60,370 nt of DNA from Methanomassiliicoccaceae archaeon (GTDB lineage: Archaea; Thermoplasmatota; Thermoplasmata; Methanomassiliicoccales; UBA472). The translations under genes were made by a program, and so were the position numbers. The notes under the pieces are model-generated. The model ran no database searches. It saw only the letters and a list, made by a program, of their open reading frames with translations, and had not been told where the DNA came from. The stretch is taken from contig PNBI01000101.1 of NCBI GenBank assembly GCA_003135935.1, forward strand, positions 1 through 60,370, read 5' to 3'. Shown one piece after another: positions 9,443 to 18,272 of this stretch; positions within the stretch are counted from its first letter, which is position 1; each line of letters opens with the position of its first letter.

Positions 9443-9774
9443 TTGCTCCCTCCATATAGCGGCTTTCCGCATTTGATGCAATTCTGACCCATCGGTGCCT
9501 GTGGGGTCTTGCATTTCGGGCACGTTACCTGCAATCTCGCTCCGCAATGCTCGCAATAGTCGCCAAGGAAAGTGCTTTGGCTGCAGGAAGGGCAACTAAC
9601 CATCAAAGGCAATCCGCAGCTCATGCAGGCCTTCTGTCCAATTTGGATTGGAGCACGACATTTGGGGCAGCGAAAACTATCCGTGGGGTTCACCTTGCCG
9701 CACCAAGGGCAAACCCTTGCATCGGGGTCCACCAATTGATCGCAGTATTTGCACGGCTTCTGATAGCCAACCAT
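9439..9774 (-). CDS. small protein made of four consecutive zinc ribbons
   Basis: 111 aa containing CKYC-x11-CPWCG, CPKC-x10-CMSCG, CPSC-x9-CEHCG and CPKC-x10-CIKCG. GGAG lies 9 nt upstream of the ATG, and an AT-rich box lies near 9845-9853. Confidence 0.7.
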   Translation of the reverse strand: MVGYQKPCKYCDQLVDPDARVCPWCGKVNPTDSFRCPKCRAPIQIGQKACMSCGLPLMVSCPSCSQSTFLGDYCEHCGARLQVTCPKCKTPQAPMGQNCIKCGKPLYGGSK

Positions 9775-9930
9775 GATTTGATTCTCCGGTATGGACCGTC
9801 ACCCAACGATCCACTTTCCATTGCCGACAATAACTGTGCGGCCAATTATAATAAGTTTCCATAATTTACCATTAACAGATAATCTTGGTGATGGTCATCG
9901 ATCATCGAGCAGGCTGATCGCTTGTCCTCC

Positions 9931-11262
9931 TCATTCGGATTTATTCCATCTCTGGGCGTCGCTATCTTGAGACACATTGAAATCCAGAAGAGCATCGACA
10001 TCGAGCTTCCACTGCTCAATGGAGGAGTGGACCACTCTTCCGATGAACCTCTCTCTGAGGAGTCTCAGCTCGGGAATTCGCATTATGGAATATCGATAGC
10101 GGGTGTATTCCGGGGAATACAAACTCTCGTTTGGAAGGTAGATCGGCTCTCGCCTGAAATTTATGGCCAAAAGGCCTTTGGCCGTTTCCATCAGAGCAGT
10201 TTCTGCCATAGGATCCAGTATGGACGGGTCCACCATCTGCGAATAGTCCTTCCTACCGATCATGCGAAAGAAATATGTCGCCCTGCCCTCTTCCTCGCCA
10301 GAGGTGGCCTCGAAAGCGATGGCATTGCCGCTTCTAGAAGCCCCTTTGGGATAGATGGGAGCAAGGAACCAGATATAATCCTTTTTCGTCTCGCCAGCTA
10401 ACGTCCTCTTCATTCCGATCCTGACCCCAGCCACTTTCGACTTCGAGGCCAAGAAAGCATACTCCTCCCCGATGCCAAGCCCTGATATCTTCATTTCCAA
10501 TCTTGACCAGAGGCCAGGGCAGGCATTCTCGAGATCACTTCTCTTCGCCGCTTTTCCATCTTTCATGAACTGAGAGGCCTTAAGAATTGCATTTGGGTCT
10601 GATTCTGGATAAACATCCTTGAGCATATCCTGCACTCTAACTGACAATTCCGTGATGGAGTCGACTATCGCTTTTTGGAAGGGTTCGAGGTCTCTGCCCA
10701 AGCGGGTGAACTCGATCTTGCCCCCAGACTCCAATAGGGCGACGACTTTGAGCGCGTCCGCCTTGCAGGTCAATAATTCGCTGTAGGGGACCCTAACGAG
10801 GTCGCTCCGCTCAGGCATGATCACCATTGCGGTTTCATATAGCCTGACCTCGCTTTTTCCTCCAACTTGTCGTTGTTCTCTTGCATCGATGAACGCGAAA
10901 TCTGCCTTGATGCCTTGTTTCCTCAGCTTCTCTTCCATTAGCAAGTCCTTGAGGGACAGCTCATTTCTTGCCTGGATAAGATTTCTTAAGAAATCCTCAT
11001 ACTTATAGCCCATGTTAGACAAAAGCAAATTATCGCCATTGGCCAGAACAATCTTGATGCGATATTCGGACTCCGCAATGTTGCCAACTTCCCTCAGTGA
11101 GAAGGACCTCGGTTCCCCATCCTTTGGGGCGATAATCATCGTCTCGGCTTCTATCATCCCGTTTCCGTCCCCTGCCACCATCACCTCGCCACCTGGGTTT
11201 GTGATGGAGAACTTCAACGTCGCCTGCATGATGAAATAACGGTCTTGCTCTTTTATTATCAT
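9931..11262 (-). CDS. hypothetical protein with a weak internal duplication in the N-terminal half
   Basis: 443-aa ORF; an alternative start is MQATLKF at 11229. Segments AETMIIAPKDGEPRSFSLREV...YRIKIVLANGDNLLLSNMGYKYEDF and ETAMVIMPERSDLVRVPYSEL...LKVVALLESGGKIEFTRLGRDLEPF align by eye. No family recognised. Confidence 0.6.
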   Translation of the reverse strand: MIIKEQDRYFIMQATLKFSITNPGGEVMVAGDGNGMIEAETMIIAPKDGEPRSFSLREVGNIAESEYRIKIVLANGDNLLLSNMGYKYEDFLRNLIQARNELSLKDLLMEEKLRKQGIKADFAFIDAREQRQVGGKSEVRLYETAMVIMPERSDLVRVPYSELLTCKADALKVVALLESGGKIEFTRLGRDLEPFQKAIVDSITELSVRVQDMLKDVYPESDPNAILKASQFMKDGKAAKRSDLENACPGLWSRLEMKISGLGIGEEYAFLASKSKVAGVRIGMKRTLAGETKKDYIWFLAPIYPKGASRSGNAIAFEATSGEEEGRATYFFRMIGRKDYSQMVDPSILDPMAETALMETAKGLLAINFRREPIYLPNESLYSPEYTRYRYSIMRIPELRLLRERFIGRVVHSSIEQWKLDVDALLDFNVSQDSDAQRWNKSE

Positions 11263-11516
11263 TTACCTGTTGCCATGAAACCAGGGGTTGCACGGGAAGA
11301 AGCAAACAGAATTCGTCTTGATGAGAGCAAATGAGCGATAAGTGCAATGAGCTCGAATCATTATTGCGGGTATGAGCGCTGTTGTCCGGCGGACGCTTCA
11401 ATGACAAACCTTCAAAAAAGGAAGTGACATTTAATCGATGGGCATTGCCATAAGGAATTGGTCGTTATTCATTTCATGGACTGGGAAGACTTCAAGTCCG
11501 AACCCGGAGAACCCAA

Positions 11517-11930
11517 TTAATAGGCAGAGATCTCAAGCGAAGCGATGACCGACTCGGTGGCATGGTACTTGATGAGAACGACATAGGTGGTTCCCGGATG
11601 CAAGTTGCCTACCGTGAAGGCGTCTCCCTGGCTTAAGCGGTCTCCAGCTCCAATTATCTTTCCAGCATAGATGGTGGAATTGTCAGGGATGACAACAATC
11701 GAGACTTTGTCACGTTCGATCTCATGGTTTGTGAGCGCGATAACCCTGACAGTATAATTTCCGGAGTCATTCCTAATGCTTGTCAGTGCGCCCATTGCGG
11801 GAATACCACCGGGCGTCACATCTGTGACCATGACATACAAGACGCTTCCCAGGACGAGCAGGACAACGATCGTCGTCAGGGTCGCGATCAGGGCGGAGAA
11901 TGCCCTGGCATCTTTTGCGAGCTTATTCAT
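11517..11930 (-). CDS. archaeal type IV pilin-like protein (class III signal peptide)
   Basis: 137 aa. The N-terminus MNKLAKDARAFSALIATLTTIVVLLVLGSVLYV combines a charged leader with a long hydrophobic helix, as in archaeal prepilins and DUF1628-type proteins. Confidence 0.5.
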   Translation of the reverse strand: MNKLAKDARAFSALIATLTTIVVLLVLGSVLYVMVTDVTPGGIPAMGALTSIRNDSGNYTVRVIALTNHEIERDKVSIVVIPDNSTIYAGKIIGAGDRLSQGDAFTVGNLHPGTTYVVLIKYHATESVIASLEISAY

Positions 11931-12086
11931 CCACCAGCCCCCACAACGTTCATTTTCCCTGGGAATTTCGGGTTTGTCGGTATAAACTATCTAATTTGAG
12001 AATCAATTTTGAGTTTCACTTTCTTCGATCTCTATTCCAGAAAAACTTCATCCACGATCCAAGATTGAAGCTCGATCTCCATCCAT

Positions 12087-13382
12087 TCAGGTCATTCGAT
12101 CCTTTGTAATCGTCTTCACGACCCGCATCGCCAGAGCGCTGGCGGTCAGCATGGTCGGCAATCCTTGCGATTGGGGGAGCAGCGAAAGGTCGGCAACGTA
12201 CAAGTTCTCCGGCAGATCGCCAGGATGCATGGAATCGACGTCCTCCCTCCGGAGCGGCACCGTGCCCCCGAGATGCCCGCCGTTGAGCATGCCAGGAACG
12301 AACGGCCCTTCCACTCCCGCGTCGAGCATCACCCTCTTGGCGAGCTCCGTTGCCGCGGCAAGCTTGTCATGGTCCGCAGACGTCAGCTCCTTGCGCACCG
12401 TTCCGTCCGCCTCCACCACGCCATTTGCCTCCTCTCCCAGTTTGACCATCACTCCCACTCGGTCTTTCAGCCCCACGTTTCTCCAGGGCTTATGGAACCA
12501 GTGCGACAGGATGTCCAGATAGGGCGAGAGGATGAAGCGGTCGTGCTTTGTGTACCAGACCATCGGAGGCTCGGAGAGCATCTCGGCGTCCTGCTTGCTA
12601 CCGCCGAGCGTCAGCACGATGTCCGCCCAAAGTTTGTCCTGGACTGGAAGCGAGGATGCGCGCAGTATCTGTGCCGTCCCGATGCCGCCGGCAGCCAGCA
12701 CCACTAGATCCGATTTGATCGTCTCATTTCCCCGCTTGGTGTGTACCAAGACTCCTGATGCAAGGCCTCGCTCGACGATCACTCGCTCCACCGGCGTCTC
12801 GAGGCGCACTTCCGCTCCTTCGAGCTTCGCTTGATCTAGCCACTGGCGGGCGTCCCACTTGGCCCCGCTGCCGCAGCCGATCTCGCACAATCCGCAGGCG
12901 ACACATCGAACGGCCTTCATCGCCTTTGGCGTTGGAGCTGGGTTGTATCCCAAGCGCTCCGCTGCCTGGAACATCGCCTCGGTCGTCGGCCTCCAGCGCT
13001 CCCTGGGGAACGTGACCGGGTGCAGCTCCGCCTCAAGCTCCTCGAACTCCTTGGTGAGGTCTAGCCCGATCTCGTCCAGGCCGCCTGTCGCCCGCACCAG
13101 ATTCCCGCAGGCGATGGTGGTCGTGCCGCCAGCAGTGATGCCTCGAACCAGCACAAGCTCGTCGCTGCTCCTCGCGGTCCACATCGCAGGGAACAGTCGG
13201 TGGATGGTGCGCTCCGTCCCCATGATCCCTGCCCGGCGAAACGGCTCCGTCATGGTCACTCTCCGGGACATCGGTCTGAACTCCGATCCCGCCTCGAGGA
13301 CTACGACGTCCATTCCTGCCTTCCTAAGTTCCCTGGCCGCCAGGCTTCCCCCTGCGCCCGATCCCACGACGATCGCCCTCAT
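12087..13382 (-). CDS. FAD-dependent GMC-family oxidoreductase
   Basis: 431 aa with MRAIVVGSGAGGSLAARELRKAGMDVVVLEAG (a dinucleotide-binding GxGxxG motif) and a GMC-like C-terminal region. The start overlaps the upstream stop by 4 nt. Confidence 0.8.
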   Translation of the reverse strand: MRAIVVGSGAGGSLAARELRKAGMDVVVLEAGSEFRPMSRRVTMTEPFRRAGIMGTERTIHRLFPAMWTARSSDELVLVRGITAGGTTTIACGNLVRATGGLDEIGLDLTKEFEELEAELHPVTFPRERWRPTTEAMFQAAERLGYNPAPTPKAMKAVRCVACGLCEIGCGSGAKWDARQWLDQAKLEGAEVRLETPVERVIVERGLASGVLVHTKRGNETIKSDLVVLAAGGIGTAQILRASSLPVQDKLWADIVLTLGGSKQDAEMLSEPPMVWYTKHDRFILSPYLDILSHWFHKPWRNVGLKDRVGVMVKLGEEANGVVEADGTVRKELTSADHDKLAAATELAKRVMLDAGVEGPFVPGMLNGGHLGGTVPLRREDVDSMHPGDLPENLYVADLSLLPQSQGLPTMLTASALAMRVVKTITKDRMT

Positions 13383-13984
13383 CTGCCTGCCTCCTTTTCG
13401 AACTTGAACTCAGCCACGCATTCCGGCTTGCCAGATGTTAGATGCTGTGTGAACTTGAGCTCCGCTCTTTCGCTAAGGCCGTGCACTACGCCCTCATCGG
13501 TCGCGCATAGCACCTCGCAGGTGCTCGAATCGTACAGCCTTGCGAGCGCGCATCGGTGCACGCGCATCTCGCCGCGCCTGTCCTCGTAGCTCATCGTGAA
13601 TTCGATGCCCAGCACTCGATAGAGCACCTTCGCTGCCTTTCGCAAGTCGCCAGGCTCATCCCTGACGCTCAGCTTCTCTCTTGCTTCCCTTCCCAGCTCC
13701 GTTCCAGCTTGGAATAAGGCAAGTCTAGCTACCTCCACCGCCCTCTCCCTTCCCAACGCTTCGACCAGGACTGCCACGCGCTCCTTATGCCCTCGCGCCA
13801 TCCGATCGCGCAGCTCTTCCAGCCTACTATCATCCTCGGCAAGTGTTCGGGGCAGGTAGCCAGAGACGCTCGCGCCAATCGCCTCGTCGAGTGCGGCGTT
13901 GGTCGCCTGCTCAACGTGCAGCAGCTCCTTCCTAATGGTGCGTTTGGGAAGGTAGGCGCTCGCGATCGCCAACCGGAGGCTCAT
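13379..13984 (-). CDS. L-2-amino-thiazoline-4-carboxylic acid hydrolase-like (ATC_hydrolase family) protein
   Basis: 201 aa. The C-terminal pattern HRCALARLY...CEVLCATDEGVV.GL....L.FTQ.LTSG...C.F.F resembles the ATC hydrolase family. It has 4-nt overlaps with both neighbours. Confidence 0.5.
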   Translation of the reverse strand: MSLRLAIASAYLPKRTIRKELLHVEQATNAALDEAIGASVSGYLPRTLAEDDSRLEELRDRMARGHKERVAVLVEALGRERAVEVARLALFQAGTELGREAREKLSVRDEPGDLRKAAKVLYRVLGIEFTMSYEDRRGEMRVHRCALARLYDSSTCEVLCATDEGVVHGLSERAELKFTQHLTSGKPECVAEFKFEKEAGR

Positions 13985-16749
13985 TTGTCCTCCTGCCGGC
14001 CGATGTGCAGCGCGTCATTGTGCGAATCAGCTCCGGAATAAAGCGCAGCGATAAGGTCCGCGAAACTGGCCTCGACCTTCGGGCGTCTGAGCTTCAGGTT
14101 AGCGGTGAGCTCACCAGACTGCACGGACAGCCTGCCTTTCACCACCGCCCAACGGCGCGGCCTCTCCGGCTGCGAGAGCCTTGCGTTCACTTCGCGCACG
14201 GTAGCATCGATCTTAGCTGCAATATCGTCGCTCCAATCCGAGCCCTCAGGCCAGAGCAGCGCGATGCAGTAGGGCTTCCCTTCCCCCACCATCAGCGCCT
14301 CGGCCAGCAAGATCGAGTCGCGTAGCATCGATTCCACCCGCATCGGGCTGACGAACTTGCCGTACGATGTCTTGATCAGCTCCTTCTTCCGTCCTTCGAG
14401 GAACAGGTAGCCCCCCTCGACCTTGCCCAAATCCCCGGTCAGCAGCCAGCCATCGCGGAATGGCTGCTGCCCTTGGTAATCGTGATAGCCAGATGTGACC
14501 TGAGGCCCACGCACCAGCACCTCTCCGTCCTCCGCGATCGCAACATCCGTCGAAGGCAGTGGTTCGCCCACGCTGCCGATGCGGTTGCGCCGCTTGCGGT
14601 TGAGCGTGACCAATGGTGCCTCGGTCAACCCGTAAGCGTTGTGGACGACGATCCCCAGCCTATCAAGGTCAGAAAGGATATCGTTGCCCATCGGGCCCGA
14701 GCCGACGATCAGGTGCTGGCATTCGTCCAGGCCGGCACGCTTCAAGGCAGCGTGGCCAACGATGGAGCGGTGCAGCTTGGCGAGCGTGCCTGAGCGATTC
14801 CGCATGGCCTTCTCGCCCATCTTCGTCTCCTTGATAGTATCCCATAGCTTCTCATAGAAGCGGGGAACGGAGAAGAACACGGTCGGCCTGACCAATGGTA
14901 GGCAGTCGCGCAGCGACTTGAACTCCTCCAGGAAGTAGATGTCCACCGAGGTTGGGGCATAGTACGGTCCATACGTTGCGAGGATGCCTTCGACCACATG
15001 GTTCATCGGCAGATAGGACAGGTAACGGACTGGACGGTTCCGTGCTTCCCATGGCGGCAGCGATGCCATCGATTCTGCCATGTAAGCCAGGTGCTCGTGC
15101 GTGAACCGGACGCCTTTTGCCTTTCCCGTCGTGCTTGAGGTGTATCGTATCGTCGCTAGGTCCTCTGGAGCAACGTTTGCGAGCGGAATCTCTCGCTCGG
15201 TCCCTAGTGCCAGGAACTCCTGCCAATCGAGGACATCGGCCGGCCTCTCCTCCGATGTACGGCAGAATGACACCGCCTTGGCCGAGCGTTCGATCTCGTC
15301 CGCTCGCTTGAGCAGCTCGTTCGTTCCAACGAATAGCACCTTCGCATCAGATGCCTGCACCAACTCAGCGATGTCGGCCGGCGGCGAGGTATAGTAGAGC
15401 GGGACGCTGACCGCGCCAACCAGGCCGATTGCCGTTTCGATGGTCAGGTAGCGGCTGCTGTTCCATCCGACCACCGCAACTCGGTCGCCTTTTCGCACTC
15501 CCAGCTCGCCCAGAGCGGACGAGGCTCGAAGGATGTCACGGCGAAGGGAGGCAGCATCCACATCGATCACTTTGCCTTCCACGATATCGTGGCAGGCGAT
15601 CCGACGGTTCTCGTGGCCCAGTCGGAAGAGCACCTGCTCGTGCACCGTCCGCCCGGTGCGATGCAGGAAGCCGGTGTATGCGGCATACTCCAGCATATGC
15701 GGCAGGATCTCCTTCCATTGTAAGTCAGGAGTACCGATCAACCTCTCGGCGTTGGCGCGCGAGAACTCCCGCCTTTCGGTGAAATAGGGTGCTAGCTGAG
15801 CAAGGTTCGAAGCCTCCCCCTTGGCGCCCACCTTGAGCAATGCTTTAACCGCGCCCTGAGGCAAGGGCAGGAACAAAGGCCTTGCCAGCTCGACCTGAAG
15901 GTTCCCGCTCGCCCATTTCATTGCCTCCTCAAACAGCTCGCCCACTTCTGGGCAACCTTCGATCGGAGCGGTGAGGTGGAACGTCTTCCCCTCAGCCTTC
16001 GGATCGAGCATCAGGCGGACCAGGGCGTCTGCGACGAGATTCACTGGCATCAGATTGACCTTGGTGTGCGACGAGATCGGGAAGAAGCGGATGTGGCCAG
16101 TGAGATACAGCCGCAATGGATAGTAGATGACATTGAACGTCCTCACCCAGCCAGACGAGGAATCCCCCACTACCATCCCAGGGCGAAAGATGCTGACCGG
16201 TAGCTTGCTCGCATGCTCGCGCACCGCCCTCTCGCCCAGGTTCTTGCTGCGCTCGTAGTTATTGTCAAGTCCTCCAGACTCTCCGAGCGAGTCTTCGTGC
16301 ACTAACCCTTCCTTATTGCTAGCCACATAGGCGGTGCTGACATGAGCGAAACGCTGCAGCCCATGATCCGCGTGGGCCCTCTCCGCGAAACGCAGAACGT
16401 TCAGCGTACCCTCGACGTTGGTACGGTTCAGCTCCTCCAGCGAAGCGTTCAGGCGCAGATCCGCTGCCGAATGAATGACATGCGTGATGCCGCTGACCAG
16501 GGAATTGTAGGTCGCCTCATCCAGCCCCAGATTGTTCTCCTTGACGTCCGCCGCGATGACCTGGACCCGTGTGCCGATGAGCTTTCTCAATTCGGGGAAA
16601 TCCCACCATGCCCTCCGGAGGCGCAGCTCCGCTTCCTCGTTAAATCGAGCGCGGACCAGCGCAACAACGTTGCATTCCTCGTCCATGAGGCGATGGGCGA
16701 CCTCAGTGCCGATGAAGCCGGTCGCACCGGTGATCAGCACAAGGTTCAT
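13981..16749 (-). CDS. fusion protein: N-terminal thioester/fatty-acyl reductase-type SDR domain + C-terminal AMP-forming long-chain acyl-CoA synthetase domain
   Basis: 922 aa. The N-terminal part has LITGATGFIGTEV and YERSK (NAD_binding_4 type). The C-terminal part has IRYTSSTTGKAKGV, NAYGLTEAP and TGDLG...GRKKELIK AMP-binding motifs. I saw no carrier-protein motif. Confidence 0.85.
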   Translation of the reverse strand: MNLVLITGATGFIGTEVAHRLMDEECNVVALVRARFNEEAELRLRRAWWDFPELRKLIGTRVQVIAADVKENNLGLDEATYNSLVSGITHVIHSAADLRLNASLEELNRTNVEGTLNVLRFAERAHADHGLQRFAHVSTAYVASNKEGLVHEDSLGESGGLDNNYERSKNLGERAVREHASKLPVSIFRPGMVVGDSSSGWVRTFNVIYYPLRLYLTGHIRFFPISSHTKVNLMPVNLVADALVRLMLDPKAEGKTFHLTAPIEGCPEVGELFEEAMKWASGNLQVELARPLFLPLPQGAVKALLKVGAKGEASNLAQLAPYFTERREFSRANAERLIGTPDLQWKEILPHMLEYAAYTGFLHRTGRTVHEQVLFRLGHENRRIACHDIVEGKVIDVDAASLRRDILRASSALGELGVRKGDRVAVVGWNSSRYLTIETAIGLVGAVSVPLYYTSPPADIAELVQASDAKVLFVGTNELLKRADEIERSAKAVSFCRTSEERPADVLDWQEFLALGTEREIPLANVAPEDLATIRYTSSTTGKAKGVRFTHEHLAYMAESMASLPPWEARNRPVRYLSYLPMNHVVEGILATYGPYYAPTSVDIYFLEEFKSLRDCLPLVRPTVFFSVPRFYEKLWDTIKETKMGEKAMRNRSGTLAKLHRSIVGHAALKRAGLDECQHLIVGSGPMGNDILSDLDRLGIVVHNAYGLTEAPLVTLNRKRRNRIGSVGEPLPSTDVAIAEDGEVLVRGPQVTSGYHDYQGQQPFRDGWLLTGDLGKVEGGYLFLEGRKKELIKTSYGKFVSPMRVESMLRDSILLAEALMVGEGKPYCIALLWPEGSDWSDDIAAKIDATVREVNARLSQPERPRRWAVVKGRLSVQSGELTANLKLRRPKVEASFADLIAALYSGADSHNDALHIGRQEDK

Positions 16750-17996
16750 TCCACCACCGGTAATCCGTTATCAAGCGCGAACTTTCGGAGCAGCTCTACG
16801 TTTCGCTTCGCCTTCTCCACATGCTGCGCGTTGATTAGCAGAATGCGCTCGCGGATCGTTTCACGTCCGCTCAATAGGCGGTCGTCGATATTCCTCAGCC
16901 TCTCCCAGGCATCCTCCGCCCTGCGGGGGATGAAGAACTCGTCCCTCATGCCGCTCTCCTGGTAGAGGTCACGCAGGCGAAGGTCGTGGCCTAAAGCAAC
17001 CTGCGGAACCCCCCCGGCCATGGAAAGAACTGCGGCGTGGTAGCGCGAAGTGACCAGCAGGTCAAGCGAGCGCAGGATGCGTGTCATAGTGGCGGCGTCA
17101 TACTCGTTCGAGGAGAACACTTTTGCCTTATCCCTCTCCTTCATGCGCTCGCGCACCATCCTCGCCAGATGTTCGTCCACCGCCTCCATTGAGATGAGCG
17201 CGATGTGCTTGTCATACTTCTCGACCAGGCGGTCCGCCTCCGCCGCTAAGTTGCTCGCCAACTCCTCACTCGCTTTCCGACGCTTCTTGGACCGTGAGAA
17301 ATAGTAAGGCCAGCGATAGCAGTCCCGCCTTCGGCCGAAGGGTCTTATCACCACCGGCCAGATATTGAAGTCCACCACCGCCATTCCGGCGACGTTCCTG
17401 GCCTCGGGCCAAAGGCGCTTCAGCGTTCCCTCTTCCGATCCGGCGTTGAACGTGAAAGCGGTGTCGTCAGTCACCTCGATCGGGGCAGTCACGCCCCACT
17501 TGCGCAGTCGGTCGGCAGAGAGCTTGGTGCGGGTGATCAACAGATCGATCTTACTAGCTTCGCGACGAACCCTAGACTTCCATCTATCGCTCAGTTGGCC
17601 CGAGTCTACCGCGTATGCGATCATCGGCACACCATAGCCTTCGGAGTACTTTGAAGCGGAGAGGAAGGACAGGAGCAAAGCTCCCGCCCAGGTGTCCATA
17701 AAGCAGCTGCCCTCCACCAGCATGGTCAAATCGCTCCGCTTCACCAGGCGGCGTAATGCGAAGAAGAAGATGGATGGGACCGGAGCGATCCGCAGATGCT
17801 CTTCCTCCTCAAGGTAGCGGCGCAAGTTCACTTCATTGAGCGTTGGGACGGTGATAATGGCCTCAGAACCGAAGACCTTGCGAACGTCCTCGATGATCGA
17901 GATTAGACGAGTCTCAGAACCGGTGTTGTTTGCACCGTTATAACCGAACAGTAGGATCCGCGGACATTTTCTGATCTTAGGGTTTGATGAAGGCAT
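16746..17996 (-). CDS. polysaccharide pyruvyl transferase family protein
   Basis: The track ORF extends to 18047. ATG at 17996 (MPSSNPKIRK) lies about 31 nt downstream of an ATTATAT box, so I take it as the start. Motifs ILLFGYNGANNTGSE and TSRYHAAVLSMAGGVPQVALGHD resemble PS_pyruv_trans. Confidence 0.65.
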   Translation of the reverse strand: MPSSNPKIRKCPRILLFGYNGANNTGSETRLISIIEDVRKVFGSEAIITVPTLNEVNLRRYLEEEEHLRIAPVPSIFFFALRRLVKRSDLTMLVEGSCFMDTWAGALLLSFLSASKYSEGYGVPMIAYAVDSGQLSDRWKSRVRREASKIDLLITRTKLSADRLRKWGVTAPIEVTDDTAFTFNAGSEEGTLKRLWPEARNVAGMAVVDFNIWPVVIRPFGRRRDCYRWPYYFSRSKKRRKASEELASNLAAEADRLVEKYDKHIALISMEAVDEHLARMVRERMKERDKAKVFSSNEYDAATMTRILRSLDLLVTSRYHAAVLSMAGGVPQVALGHDLRLRDLYQESGMRDEFFIPRRAEDAWERLRNIDDRLLSGRETIRERILLINAQHVEKAKRNVELLRKFALDNGLPVVE

Positions 17997-18023
17997 TGCC
18001 GCACGGTTCAAGCAACTGGCACG

Positions 18024-18030
18024 ATATAAT
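18024..18030 (-). promoter_or_regulatory. TATA-like box (ATTATAT on minus strand) for the 17996-12087 operon
   Basis: The box is centred about 31 nt upstream of ATG 17996, consistent with a leaderless archaeal transcript. Confidence 0.4.
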
Positions 18031-18272
18031 CCTTTTGTGAAAAACATGGGGTCCGGGGCATCTTGCCACCTCGATGATAAACTGAGTTCCTTCGCCAGGA
18101 TAGCCCCGTTGCAGGAGGATCAACTGGCAATTTGAACCAAAGCTGTTCAGGACAGGTGGAATGAGTGTTTCAGCGATCAAAGAAATCCAAGAGATGAGGT
18201 CTGGACCGAACCCACAGCGGTCGATGAAGCGATTCAATAATGCCTTATATCGTGCTATTCAATTCGAAACCA

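Noticed and set aside
12151-13589. Several long plus-strand ORFs (123-182 aa) lie antisense to the GMC oxidoreductase and ATC-hydrolase-like genes. Similar antisense ORFs lie across 14005-16965, 34110-35672, 43680-44830 and 50361-52813.
   Set aside because: These are typical shadow ORFs of GC-rich genes. Their translations are Arg/Ser/Pro-rich low-complexity strings without motifs, whereas the opposite strand encodes clear family members.
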